Assembly: GCA_045546235.1 (NCBI GenBank)
Contig: JAZQCL010000007.1
Location: 3,617 to 67,616 of the forward strand
Length of the DNA: 64,000 nucleotides
Direction of reading: 5' to 3'
From: Acutalibacteraceae bacterium
Lineage (GTDB): Bacteria; Bacillota; Clostridia; Oscillospirales; Acutalibacteraceae
Positions 12,305-21,733 of the stretch are shown here, piece after piece. A program made the translations under genes and the position numbers. Positions within the stretch are counted from its first letter, which is position 1, and each line of letters begins with the position of its first letter. The notes beneath the pieces are model-generated. The model was not told the DNA's origin. It did not search any database and saw nothing but the letters and a program-made list of their open reading frames with translations.

Positions 12305-14464
12305 ATGTACATTTTTAAAAACGCCTTTAAAAGCCTGGTTCGAGCCAAGGGTCGAAACCTTCTTATAGCACTTATAGTGCTTGTTTTATCGGTTTCTTCT
12401 TGCATTGGCTTATCAATTAAAAGGGCAAATGAAAATTTGAAAACAGAGTACGCAAACGATAAGGAAATAACCGCCACACTTACAAGCACAAAGCCTGGTG
12501 CCATGATGCAGGGAATACCCCTTGAAACCCTTAATAGCTATGCTGAAAATGAATTAGTAAAGGATTTCAGCCTTTCGGCATCGCTTTATTTTGCCGCAGG
12601 CGACGGAATAGAACCTCTTGATGTCTCGGGTTCTTTTGAGCAAAACCGCGATTTCAGAGATAAATACGGAGATGTTAAAAACGGCGAAAAAATAACCTCA
12701 TCTACCAGTAGCTCCACCACCTCAACCGAAACAACCGCCTCTGATGAAAGCTCTTCTGATACCGCAAAAACTGAGGGTGTTGTTACAAATTTAAGTGCCA
12801 CTGCCTCAGGCAAAGTTTTACTGCTTAACAACACAGCATCAACCCCCGCGGAGCAAGAATCACAGAACTCCCAAAACGGTGAAGCACAAGAATCGCCTTC
12901 CACCCAGCAGCCCGACACCGAAAATCCAGACGTAACCGACCGTGACTCCCAGCAACAAGAGGGCGGTATATCGGATTCGCAAGGTGGCAATATAACCGAC
13001 ACAGACCCCTCTGCTCCCACTATTAATCAGGATGGAAGCACAGAAAAAGGCGAAACTCAAACACCTGAGGAATCCGAAAAAGAAAATTCCGCAACCTCAC
13101 CTTCTAAAGACAAAAACACAGAACAGGGCGAGGAAACCAAAGATCAGCAATCACCAACCTCCGGAAAAGGTACAGCTTCTACAAACCAAGGTAGCGATAA
13201 CAGTACAAAAACTCAACCACCTACACCGCCTGAGAATAACCAAAGCGGCAAAGCAGAAGGCGTAACAAAGCCCGAAAATATTGAAGATGGCGGTCGCGGC
13301 GGTAACACCTACATAACACACAAAAACGAGATTATAAACAACCAGTTTTTCTTTAATATGGCATCAATGAACGATTTTACCGTTACAGGCTACAATTCCG
13401 AAAAGGCTATGCCCGATTATGTAAGCGAGCTGGGGGTGTTAGATTTGAATAACAACTCCAGAAACTGTGTTATATCCAAAGCCTTGGCAGAGGAAAACGA
13501 ACTGGAGGTTGGAGATAAATTCAAGCTTGCCAACCCTAATAACGAGGATGAAACCTATAAGTTTACCATAGTAGGAATTTGCAATACTGCACAGTCGGGG
13601 GATTCTACAGACACCTCCTCAAACGCCTCGTTTGTTGACAACTACATACATATAAGTGGCTCTGCTATTGATAAAATTGTTGCAAGCAGTGAAAAGAAAA
13701 ATGCCACAAACGAAGAAAGCACCGATGAGGAAGAAACCGAAAAAAGCAACGCTCTATCCCCTATTTACAGCGGCACCTACAGTTTTAGAAACCGCACCGA
13801 TTACGATGCTATGAGCCAAATTGTGAATGAAGATAACTACACCCTGGTTTCTGCAGATGTTGAAAATTACGAAAAGAGCGTTAAGCAGCTTAACACCCTT
13901 AGTGGATACGCTACATACTTCCTTGTAGTAATATTCGTTATAGGCGCAATTGTTCTGATAATAATAAATCTGTTCAGTATACGCGACAGAAAGTACGAAA
14001 TCGGTGTACTGACAGCAATAGGTATGAAAAAGCGCAAGGTGGCAACTCAATTTGTTATAGAGCTGTTTTGCATAACCTTTTCGGCTTTAATAATAGGCAG
14101 CAGTATTGGCGCTGTTTCCTCAGTGCCGGTTACAAACGGTTTACTAACAGCCATTAATAGCCCCTCGGCCGAGGCATCGGAAACCATATCGGCTTTCGAA
14201 ACACCTGAAGATTTACCCGAAGAAACAGAAAAACCTTCAATGCCCGATATCAACAGAGGTAACAAGGGTAATATGAACAATCAATTCCAACGCTTTATGG
14301 GCAGTACCGGTAATTACATTGCCAGTATAACCTCTGCCACCGATATAACGGTTATAGGGCAGATGATACTGGTCGGCTTGGGACTTACACTAATCTCGGC
14401 GCTTTCTGCGGTACTTTTTGTAATGCGTTATGAGCCACTTAAAATTTTAAGCAACCGCGAGTAA
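12305..14464 (+). CDS. MacB/FtsX-type ABC transporter permease with a long low-complexity extracytoplasmic insert
   Basis: The N-terminus MYIFKNAFKSLVRAKGRNLLIALIVLVL (TM1) is typical of the FtsX/MacB family. Three C-terminal TMs follow (YFLVVIFVIGAIVLIIINLF, FVIELFCITFSALIIGSSIGAV, VIGQMILVGLGLTLISALSAVLFV). I prefer the ATG at 12305 (11 nt after AAGGAG) to the TTG at 12296. About 200 aa of S/T/E/Q/P/N-rich sequence sit in the periplasmic-type domain. Confidence 0.8.
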   Translation: MYIFKNAFKSLVRAKGRNLLIALIVLVLSVSSCIGLSIKRANENLKTEYANDKEITATLTSTKPGAMMQGIPLETLNSYAENELVKDFSLSASLYFAAGDGIEPLDVSGSFEQNRDFRDKYGDVKNGEKITSSTSSSTTSTETTASDESSSDTAKTEGVVTNLSATASGKVLLLNNTASTPAEQESQNSQNGEAQESPSTQQPDTENPDVTDRDSQQQEGGISDSQGGNITDTDPSAPTINQDGSTEKGETQTPEESEKENSATSPSKDKNTEQGEETKDQQSPTSGKGTASTNQGSDNSTKTQPPTPPENNQSGKAEGVTKPENIEDGGRGGNTYITHKNEIINNQFFFNMASMNDFTVTGYNSEKAMPDYVSELGVLDLNNNSRNCVISKALAEENELEVGDKFKLANPNNEDETYKFTIVGICNTAQSGDSTDTSSNASFVDNYIHISGSAIDKIVASSEKKNATNEESTDEEETEKSNALSPIYSGTYSFRNRTDYDAMSQIVNEDNYTLVSADVENYEKSVKQLNTLSGYATYFLVVIFVIGAIVLIIINLFSIRDRKYEIGVLTAIGMKKRKVATQFVIELFCITFSALIIGSSIGAVSSVPVTNGLLTAINSPSAEASETISAFETPEDLPEETEKPSMPDINRGNKGNMNNQFQRFMGSTGNYIASITSATDITVIGQMILVGLGLTLISALSAVLFVMRYEPLKILSNRE

Positions 14465-14477
14465 GGAGGCGCCACTA

Positions 14478-15122
14478 ATGAATATTTTAGAGCTTAAGGA
14501 TTTAGGATACCGCTATCAAAAAAATTCCCGACAAATTTTAGAAAACATTAATTTTAACTTTGAAACAGGTAAAATTTATGCAATAGTAGGTAAATCGGGT
14601 GCAGGTAAAACTACACTTTTATCTCTACTTTCAGGGCTTACCTCTCCGACAGAGGGGCAGATTTTGTACGACGGTAAGGATATAGCCAAGCTGGATAAAT
14701 ACAAATATCGCAGCCGCCACGTAGGGGTTGTGTTCCAAAGCTATAACCTTCTTTTCCACATGAGTGCCGTTGAAAACGTGCAGCTTTCTATGGATATTTC
14801 GGGTGCGAAAATCAAAAACAAAAAGGTTACCGCAAAGGAGTTTCTAAAAAAAGTTAAACTTGAAGAGGAAGAGCTTAACCGTAAGGTGTTATTGCTTTCG
14901 GGTGGTCAACAACAGCGCGTTGCTATCGCCCGCGCCCTTTCATATAACCCACAGATAATACTTGCCGATGAGCCCACCGGTAACCTTGACCGAGATACTC
15001 AAGAAGAAATTATGGATATTTTCAGAATGTTGGCAAAGGAAGGTAAATGTGTTATAATTGTTACCCATTCTCCCGATGTTGCACAGGCTGCAGATGTAAT
15101 ATACGAGCTGAAACGAAAATAA
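14478..15122 (+). CDS. ABC transporter ATP-binding protein (MacB/LolD-like)
   Basis: Walker [10 protein letters not shown], signature [15 protein letters not shown], Walker [14 protein letters not shown]-loop IVTHS. An RBS (GGAGG) lies 13 nt after the permease stop. Confidence 0.9.
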   Translation: MNILELKDLGYRYQKNSRQILENINFNFETGKIYAIVGKSGAGKTTLLSLLSGLTSPTEGQILYDGKDIAKLDKYKYRSRHVGVVFQSYNLLFHMSAVENVQLSMDISGAKIKNKKVTAKEFLKKVKLEEEELNRKVLLLSGGQQQRVAIARALSYNPQIILADEPTGNLDRDTQEEIMDIFRMLAKEGKCVIIVTHSPDVAQAADVIYELKRK

Positions 15123-15130
15123 AATTTAAA

Positions 15131-15163
15131 GGCTGTTGTGAATTTTTTCACAGCAGCCTTTTG
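15131..15163 (+). terminator. Rho-independent terminator
   Basis: GGCTGTTGTGA...TCACAGCAGCC stem (one G-U pair) followed by TTTTG. Confidence 0.65.
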
Positions 15164-15190
15164 TATAAAACGCTTTAATGGTTGTAAATA

Positions 15191-15219
15191 TTGACTCAGC
15201 TCGAAAAATATGATAAAAT
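15191..15219 (+). promoter_or_regulatory. Candidate promoter of glmM (extended -10)
   Basis: TTGACT (15191-15196), a 17-nt spacer ending in TGA, then TAAAAT (15214-15219). Confidence 0.55.
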
Positions 15220-15302
15220 GTATAAGATTTATTTTTCTTCAAACTGCATACGCTTTAATTAAGAGTAATTTTAATTGACAGTAATTTTGGAGGAAATATA
15301 TC

Positions 15303-16670
15303 ATGGCAAAATATTTTGGTACAGACGGCTTCCGAGGCGAAGCCGGAAAAACACTCACCAGCGAGCATGCCTATAAAATCGGCAGATTTCTTGGTTGGTA
15401 TTACGGCAAGGAGAAAACTGAGAGAGTAAAGGTTGTAATAGGTAAAGACACCCGCCTTTCCAGCTATATGTTTGAATACGCCATTATTGCGGGCTTAACT
15501 GCATCGGGCGCCGACGCATATATGCTTCACGTTACCACCACACCCAGCGTTTCTTATGCTACCCATACCGACGAATTTGCCTGCGGCATTATGATTTCGG
15601 CCAGTCACAACCCCTATTACGACAACGGAATCAAGCTTGTTAACCACAAGGGCGAGAAAATCGACGACGAGACTATCGAAAAAATCGAACTGTATCTCGA
15701 CGGAAACCTTGCCGCCTTAGGCGTTGAGGGCGACGATTTACCCTTGGCAACAGGCGAAAACATTGGCAGAAGCGTGGACTATTCAGCCGGCAGAAATATG
15801 TACATTGGCTACCTTATTTCCCTATCGGCTCGTTCCTTTAAGCGGCTTAACATTGGCCTTGACTGCGCCAACGGCAGCGCCTGGATGATTGCTAAAAGTG
15901 TTTTCGATGCGTTGGGTGCCACCACCCACACCATCAATGCCTCACCCGACGGCACCAACATAAACAATAATGCCGGCTCTACCCACATTGAGGTGTTGCA
16001 GGAATTTGTTAAGGAAAAGGGCTTAGATATGGGCTTTGCCTTCGACGGCGATGCCGACCGCTGCATTGCGGTTGACGAAAACGGAAATGTTGTTAACGGC
16101 GACCATATTCTTTACATCTTTGGTGTAGATATGAAAGCTCGCGGCACCCTTTCCAACAACACTGTTGTTACCACCATAATGTCTAATATGGGGCTTTACA
16201 AGGCCTTAAAGGAAGCCGACATCAACTACACCCAAACCACCGTTGGCGACAAGTACGTTTATGAAAATATGGTAACCTACGGAAACCGTGTTGGCGGCGA
16301 GCAATCGGGTCACATAATCCTTAGTAAATTTGCCACCACAGGCGACGGTCTTCTTACCGCCATTAAGCTTGCCGAGGCCTGCCTTAACGCAAAGCAGCCC
16401 CTCTCTAAGCTTGCCGAGCCGGTTAAAATGTTCCCTCAGGTGCTTAAAAACATCCGTGTAGAGGATAAGGCAGCGGTACGTAACGACCAAGCGGTACAAG
16501 AGAAAATAGCCGAAATCACAGAAAAGCTTTCCGACAGCGGTAGAATTCTGCTTCGTGAAAGCGGCACCGAGCCCGTTGTAAGGGTTATGGTAGAGGCCGA
16601 AAGCGAAGAGATTTGCGAAACCTACGTCGACGAGGTTATTGAGCTTATTAAAGCCCGCGGATTGGCATAA
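15303..16670 (+). CDS. glmM: Phosphoglucosamine mutase
   Basis: N-terminus MAKYFGTDGFRG, active-site serine loop SASHNPYYDNGIK, Mg-binding FDGDADR, sugar-binding GGEQSGH. Confidence 0.95.
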   Translation: MAKYFGTDGFRGEAGKTLTSEHAYKIGRFLGWYYGKEKTERVKVVIGKDTRLSSYMFEYAIIAGLTASGADAYMLHVTTTPSVSYATHTDEFACGIMISASHNPYYDNGIKLVNHKGEKIDDETIEKIELYLDGNLAALGVEGDDLPLATGENIGRSVDYSAGRNMYIGYLISLSARSFKRLNIGLDCANGSAWMIAKSVFDALGATTHTINASPDGTNINNNAGSTHIEVLQEFVKEKGLDMGFAFDGDADRCIAVDENGNVVNGDHILYIFGVDMKARGTLSNNTVVTTIMSNMGLYKALKEADINYTQTTVGDKYVYENMVTYGNRVGGEQSGHIILSKFATTGDGLLTAIKLAEACLNAKQPLSKLAEPVKMFPQVLKNIRVEDKAAVRNDQAVQEKIAEITEKLSDSGRILLRESGTEPVVRVMVEAESEEICETYVDEVIELIKARGLA

Positions 16671-16799
16671 AGTGAAAATTAACCTTTGCTGTGCTTTTAT
16701 AAAACAAAGCACAGCATGGGTTGAAAAAGGCAGAACTGAATCTGCCGCAAAGCCAAAATCAAGTATGCAGTGAAAATTGAATCACCCGAAAATCAGGGA

Positions 16800-16946
16800 A
16801 AAGATAGCGCCAGACCGCCTGTGCTCTTAAGGGCGGTTAACGAGGAAAGAGGTTTATCGAATTCTTCGGCGGATACCTCTTCGGTGGAGCAACACCGTTA
16901 ATGTGTGGGTCAAATATATGGGCAACCGTAAAACAAAACCACACGT
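16800..16946 (+). ncRNA. glmS ribozyme: glmS ribozyme (GlcN6P-dependent self-cleaving riboswitch)
   Basis: The core matches the conserved ribozyme: A/GCGCCAGA, P1 CCGCC..GGGCGG, UUAACGAGGA, P3 AAGAGGU-UUAUCGAAUUCUUCGGCGGAU-ACCUCUU, CGGUG-GAGCAA-CACCG, and a P4-like GUGUGG..CCACAC. It lies upstream of glmS. The 3' boundary is approximate. Confidence 0.85.
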
Positions 16947-17105
16947 ACTTGCAATATTCGAACATATTTGTGCATATTCCCCTTCTTTCAGTAAATAAAA
17001 TTAATATGCACAAGTTAAGATTTGCCGTGGATTTTTCACGGTTTTTCGGTGTTGCAAACAAACGGTGAAGGCTTACCGTTTATTCCTTACGCATAAATAT
17101 TTTTC

Positions 17106-17205
17106 AGAGCTGCCCGAAAAGCCGTTATTATTCCACGGAATTCCAAATTGATTTTGAAAGGATTTTGTAATTATGTGTGGAATAGTAGGTTTTTCGGGCA
17201 GCTCT
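17106..17205 (+). promoter_or_regulatory. Long-range RNA helix enclosing the glmS SD and start codon
   Basis: AGAGCTGCCCGAAAA (17106-17120) is the perfect reverse complement of TTTTCGGGCAGCTCT (17191-17205, glmS codons 7-11). It extends by G-U, C-G and C-G to 18 bp (17106-17123 with 17188-17205). The loop contains the SD AAAGGA (17156-17161) and the AUG at 17173. Confidence 0.6.
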
Positions 17206-18999
17206 AATGCTGTGCCTAAAATTATTAAAGGATTAAAGGTTTTGGAATACAGAGGCTACGACTCTGTGGGTGTTGCAGTCAGTACAAAAGAGGACATAAG
17301 GCTTATTAAATGCTGCGGCAGGGTTGATGCCCTGCGTAGTAAACTTAAGGCAGAGGGCTTCAAGGGTGCAAATTGCGGCATAGGTCACACCCGTTGGGCA
17401 ACCCACGGTGGGCCCAGTGATATTAACGCCCATCCCCACGAAACCGACGTATTGACCCTTGTTCACAACGGAATTATTGAAAACTACAGAGAACTGAAGG
17501 CGTTGCTTCCAAATAAAGGCAACGAGGTTGTTTCAGAAACCGACACAGAGGTTGCAGCCTGGGTTATTAGCGAGGAATATAAAAAATGCGGCGACCCCAA
17601 AACGGCTATTTTTAATGCCATTGCTAAATTTAACGGCTCTTATGCCTTTCAGATTATGTTTAAGGATTTTGAGGGTGAAATTTTCGCCATCAGAAAGGAT
17701 AGCCCCCTTATTATAGGCAAAGGTATCGACGGAAATTACCTTGCTTCTGACGCAATCGCTTTGCTGCCCTTTACCAACCTTTTTTGCTACCCAAAAGAGG
17801 GCGAGCTGGTGCAGGTAACCAAAACCGCCGTCAGCCTTTGCACAGGCGATAAGGAGTACGAGCCAAATTGGCAAAAAACAGATATAACGGTGGAGGCGGC
17901 CGAAAAATGCGGCTACCCCCACTTTATGCTGAAGGAAATTCACGAACAGCCCGAGGCTTTTTCAAAAACCGTAAATCCCAGAATAAAAAACGGGCTTCCC
18001 AATTTCGGGAGCGACGGTATCAGCGACGAGCTGCTGGAACGCATAAACAAAATTTACGTGGTTGCCTGCGGCTCGGCAATGCACGCAGGGCTTGTGGGAA
18101 AATACCTTATAGAGCATCTGGCAAGAATCCCCGTTACGGTGGAAATTGCTTCGGAATTCCGTTACAATCGGCCGATTATAGACAATAAAACCCTTATTAT
18201 AATCGTTTCACAATCGGGTGAAACTGCCGACAGTCTTGCCGCCCTTCGCTATGGCAAACAGCAGGGTGCCTACACCTTAGGTATTATAAACGTGGTTGGC
18301 TCCAGCATTGCCAGAGAAGCCGATGCCACCCTTTACACCTACGCCGGCCCAGAAATAGCCGTTGCCACCACCAAGGGCTACACGGTGCAGGTTGCCGCCT
18401 TTATGCTGTTGGCGGCAAAGCTTGCCCACTTTCACGGAAATATGAAAGAAGCGGAAGTAAAGGAGTTGTGCCACAGCCTTACACACAGCGTTCCAAAGGC
18501 TATAGAAGATACATTTTCGCTTCACGAAAGTATTAAAGAAGTTGCCGAAAGCTTTTATAAAAACGACAACCTTTTCTACATTGGCCGTGGCCTTGATGCT
18601 GCACTTTGTACCGAGGGTTCTTTAAAGCTGAAGGAAATTTCTTATATCCACAGCGAGGCCTATGCCGCCGGCGAGTTAAAGCACGGTACAATTTCACTTA
18701 TTACCGAGGGAACACCGGTAATCGCCCTTTCCACTTCACACCTGCTGTACGATAAAACCGTAAGCAATATAAGGGAATGCTCAAGCCGCGGTGCAGACGT
18801 ATTGTTTATCTGCCACAGCGAAGCGGTAGAGCCCCAAAACGTTGCCAACAGGGTTTTGCGATTGCCCCCCAGTGAAAAATACGCCGAAATACTTTCCGCC
18901 GCGGTAACAATGCAGTTGTTGGCTTATGAAATAGCAGTGCTGAGAGATTGCGATATTGACAAGCCCAGAAACCTTGCAAAATCGGTTACTGTAGAATAA
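17173..18999 (+). CDS. glmS: Glutamine--fructose-6-phosphate aminotransferase (isomerizing)
   Basis: N-terminal nucleophile MCGIVG, two SIS domains, and a C-terminal KPRNLAKSVTVE typical of GlmS. 608 aa. Confidence 0.95.
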   Translation: MCGIVGFSGSSNAVPKIIKGLKVLEYRGYDSVGVAVSTKEDIRLIKCCGRVDALRSKLKAEGFKGANCGIGHTRWATHGGPSDINAHPHETDVLTLVHNGIIENYRELKALLPNKGNEVVSETDTEVAAWVISEEYKKCGDPKTAIFNAIAKFNGSYAFQIMFKDFEGEIFAIRKDSPLIIGKGIDGNYLASDAIALLPFTNLFCYPKEGELVQVTKTAVSLCTGDKEYEPNWQKTDITVEAAEKCGYPHFMLKEIHEQPEAFSKTVNPRIKNGLPNFGSDGISDELLERINKIYVVACGSAMHAGLVGKYLIEHLARIPVTVEIASEFRYNRPIIDNKTLIIIVSQSGETADSLAALRYGKQQGAYTLGIINVVGSSIAREADATLYTYAGPEIAVATTKGYTVQVAAFMLLAAKLAHFHGNMKEAEVKELCHSLTHSVPKAIEDTFSLHESIKEVAESFYKNDNLFYIGRGLDAALCTEGSLKLKEISYIHSEAYAAGELKHGTISLITEGTPVIALSTSHLLYDKTVSNIRECSSRGADVLFICHSEAVEPQNVANRVLRLPPSEKYAEILSAAVTMQLLAYEIAVLRDCDIDKPRNLAKSVTVE

Positions 19000-19004
19000 A
19001 AAAT

Positions 19005-19042
19005 TTGCCCTTGCTCAGAATTTTGAGCAAGGGCAATTTTTA
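19005..19042. terminator. Bidirectional terminator between glmS and the convergent esterase gene
   Basis: TTGCCCTTGCTCA...TGAGCAAGGGCAA stem with A/T runs on both sides. Confidence 0.75.
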
Positions 19043-20155
19043 TTTATGTTTATTGATATATTCCATATATCTTTGCCAATCGTGAATTGAGAAGAAATGT
19101 TTACCATAGCGCAAATGATAACCAATGTTACCCTCGTGCAGGCATTCGCCGGGTTCCAGCAGTTTATCATTATGTATAAAGCCGGTTAAATTCTCTTTTT
19201 CCCAGGCTTCGCTTGCGGCGACGCAACAAAGCTGCTCGGAAACGGGGTCCGCCCAGGTGTCTAAAGAGGCCGAGGCTACGTAGGCGTAGCGTGGCGCAAT
19301 AGAGGCGAGCAAATAGTGCTGGTCGAAATTGAAGCCGTAATTAAGCTGGGTATGCTTCTGGTAGTTTTTGCAGAACCAAAAGGGAAAGTGGTCGTAAATA
19401 GCTCTGATGGTTTCGCCTAAGTTATGACCTCGCAGAGTTTCTGTCTTAAGGCCACTGTTACCGCGGCTAAGCGCCGCACCTGAGCAACCCGAATCGTTAG
19501 AAAAGACAAACTTTATGCGGGTATCTAAAGCCCCTGTAAGTAATGCGGTTTTACCAAGGCGGGAATGTCCGCAAACGGCAGCATTGTCTAAATCCAGCTG
19601 AGGCAGGGTTTCGGCGTAATCCATAATTCTGCGCGCCGCAAAGGACCACATTGCAATTTTGCCTGCATCGTTGCCTTTTTTCTGACCTTCAGGCAAAAGC
19701 AATGGAGCTATACCATTTGAAAAATCGCCATCGTCGCTTGTTACGTCTTTATAGTTAAAATGCAGCACGTTAAAGCCGCCGTCGGCCAGCATTTCTGCAG
19801 GCATATAAAATCCCTCGTGAAATGCATGAAATCCGATTGAAATAAAAAACGGACGCTTTTTACCATCGTTATTAAGCATTCTGTAAAGGGGGAATGTATG
19901 GCTGCCATGCTCTGTTGTAATCGTAAAGGGTACCGCATCGATATTTACATCACCGCCACAAAGCCGAGCTTCAATTCCACCGTATCTGTTATCCCCTTCG
20001 TCGGCTCCGCCAATCGAAAATTCAGCCTTCTCAAAAGGAAGAAATCCATATTCTTCACGAAGAAGAATATCCAGCATTTCCTCGCGAGATTTAAGTGGAG
20101 GTAATTTACGAGTTTCTACCATCTCTTTAAGCATAACTATCAGCCTACCTTTCAT
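19040..20155 (-). CDS. Alpha/beta hydrolase, CE15-like glucuronoyl esterase
   Basis: GHSRLGKTAL resembles the G-x-S-R-x-G-K nucleophile motif of CE15, preceded by AMWSFAARRIMDY (like WAWG.SR). About 370 aa, no signal peptide. The start is uncertain (alternative Met at MLKEM). Confidence 0.5.
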   Translation of the reverse strand: MKGRLIVMLKEMVETRKLPPLKSREEMLDILLREEYGFLPFEKAEFSIGGADEGDNRYGGIEARLCGGDVNIDAVPFTITTEHGSHTFPLYRMLNNDGKKRPFFISIGFHAFHEGFYMPAEMLADGGFNVLHFNYKDVTSDDGDFSNGIAPLLLPEGQKKGNDAGKIAMWSFAARRIMDYAETLPQLDLDNAAVCGHSRLGKTALLTGALDTRIKFVFSNDSGCSGAALSRGNSGLKTETLRGHNLGETIRAIYDHFPFWFCKNYQKHTQLNYGFNFDQHYLLASIAPRYAYVASASLDTWADPVSEQLCCVAASEAWEKENLTGFIHNDKLLEPGECLHEGNIGYHLRYGKHFFSIHDWQRYMEYINKHK

Positions 20156-20234
20156 TATATTAATATTTTAGTACATAAATAGGTGAAAGTAAATAGATTT
20201 TTATATTCAAAAGGGCAAAAATACCGCCAATAAC

Positions 20235-20263
20235 TTGACTTTTTAAAAGGTTGGGGTTATTAT
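20235..20263 (+). promoter_or_regulatory. Candidate promoter of glyQS
   Basis: TTGACT (20235-20240), a 17-nt spacer, then TATTAT (20258-20263). Confidence 0.5.
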
Positions 20264-20295
20264 ACTTGTATATAACTTGAAATGAGGGTATATAG

Positions 20296-21672
20296 ATGTT
20301 AAAGAACTGCGAAAAGGATATGGAAACTATTGTTAACCTCGCTAAAAACAGAGGTTACGTTTATGCAGGCAGCGAAATTTACGGCGGCCTTGCAAACTCT
20401 TGGGACTACGGCCCCTTGGGCGTTGAATTCAAGAACAACGTAAAAAAGGCTTGGTGGAAAAAGTTTGTTCAGGAATCTCCCTACAACGTAGGCCTTGATT
20501 CTGCAATTATAATGAACCCCGAAACCTGGGTTACCAGCGGCCACGTAGGCGGCTTCTCCGACCCCCTTATGGACTGTAAGGCTTGCCACGCTCGTCACCG
20601 TGCCGACAAGCTTATTGAAGACCACGGCGGCCACGCCGAAGGTATGACCTTTGAGCAGATGGAGCAGTACATTGCCGAAAACGGCCTTGAGTGCCCCGAA
20701 TGCGGTGCTAAGAACTTTACCGACATTCGCAAATTCAACCTTATGTTCAAAACCTTTATTGGCGTTACTGAAGACGCTAAGAACGAGGTTTACCTCCGCC
20801 CCGAAACTGCTCAGGGTATTTTCGTTAACTTTGCCAACGTTCAGCGCACCACCCGTAAAAAGCTTCCCTTCGGTGTTTGCCAGATTGGTAAATCCTTCAG
20901 AAACGAGATTACTCCCGGTAACTTTATTTTCCGTACCCGCGAGTTCGAGCAGATGGAGTGTGAATTCTTCTGTAAGCCCGATACCGACCTTGATTGGTTC
21001 TATTATTGGAAAGATTACTGCAAGAATTGGCTTATCAGCCTTGGCATAAAGCCCGAAAATATGCGCCTGCGTGACCACGAAAAGGAAGAGCTTTCCTTCT
21101 ATTCAAAGGCCACCACAGATATTGAATACCTCTTCCCCTTCGGTTGGGGCGAGCTTTGGGGTATTGCCGACAGAACCAATTACGACCTTGGCCGCCATCA
21201 AGAGGCTTCGGGTAAATCTTTAGATTATTTCGACCAGGAAACCGGCGAAAGATATATCCCTTACGTTGTTGAGCCATCTCTCGGTGCCGACCGCGTTGTG
21301 CTTACCTTCCTTTGCGAAGCCTACGACGAGGAAGACGACGAAAAGGGCGACAAGCGTGTTGTGCTTCACCTTCACCCCGCTCTTGCTCCCTTTAAGGCTG
21401 CAGTTCTTCCTTTAAGCAAGAAACTTAGCGAGCAAGCAACCGAAATTTTCCAAGACCTTGCAAAAGAGTTTATGGTTGATTTCGACGAATCAGGCTCTAT
21501 CGGTAAGCGTTACCGCCGTCAAGACGAAATCGGAACTCCCTACTGCATCACCTACGATTTCGACAGTGTTGAAGACGGATGCGTTACAGTTCGCGACCGC
21601 GACACTATGGAACAGGTTCGTCTCCCCATTGCAGAACTCAAGGAGTTCATCCGCGGCAAGTTGGAATTTTAA
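20296..21672 (+). CDS. glyQS: Glycine--tRNA ligase (class II, homodimeric GlyQS type)
   Basis: [50 protein letters not shown] is nearly invariant in GlyRS. Class II motifs FRNEITPG and RTREFEQME are present, with an anticodon-binding C-terminus. Confidence 0.95.
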   Translation: MLKNCEKDMETIVNLAKNRGYVYAGSEIYGGLANSWDYGPLGVEFKNNVKKAWWKKFVQESPYNVGLDSAIIMNPETWVTSGHVGGFSDPLMDCKACHARHRADKLIEDHGGHAEGMTFEQMEQYIAENGLECPECGAKNFTDIRKFNLMFKTFIGVTEDAKNEVYLRPETAQGIFVNFANVQRTTRKKLPFGVCQIGKSFRNEITPGNFIFRTREFEQMECEFFCKPDTDLDWFYYWKDYCKNWLISLGIKPENMRLRDHEKEELSFYSKATTDIEYLFPFGWGELWGIADRTNYDLGRHQEASGKSLDYFDQETGERYIPYVVEPSLGADRVVLTFLCEAYDEEDDEKGDKRVVLHLHPALAPFKAAVLPLSKKLSEQATEIFQDLAKEFMVDFDESGSIGKRYRRQDEIGTPYCITYDFDSVEDGCVTVRDRDTMEQVRLPIAELKEFIRGKLEF

Positions 21673-21691
21673 TTAAAGCTTAATAACGAAA

Positions 21692-21726
21692 GCAGTAACA
21701 TCCCTTGTGGGCGTTACTGCTTTTTC
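21692..21726. terminator. Bidirectional terminator
   Basis: GCAGTAAC...GTTACTGC stem followed by TTTTTC. Confidence 0.65.
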
Positions 21727-21733
21727 TTTTTCA

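Noticed and set aside
12586-13265. A possible tandem repeat array or separate small genes in the low-complexity stretch (ORFs 12586-13020, 12860-13060, 13032-13265).
   Set aside because: I found no exact or periodic DNA repeats or spacers. The region is in frame within the FtsX/MacB permease, whose N-terminal TM and C-terminal TMs flank it. The alternative ORFs are frame shadows of a compositionally biased segment.
16837-17061. A 74 aa minus-strand ORF between glmM and glmS.
   Set aside because: It overlaps the glmS ribozyme core and the structured leader, and has no RBS. The region is better explained as RNA.
20156-20295. I looked for a glycine T-box leader upstream of glyQS, since this gene carries the archetypal T-box in many Firmicutes.
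   Set aside because: Only about 140 nt are available. They contain a promoter and RBS but no T-box sequence (no GGUGGUACCGCG-like element), no specifier loop and no terminator/antiterminator pair.
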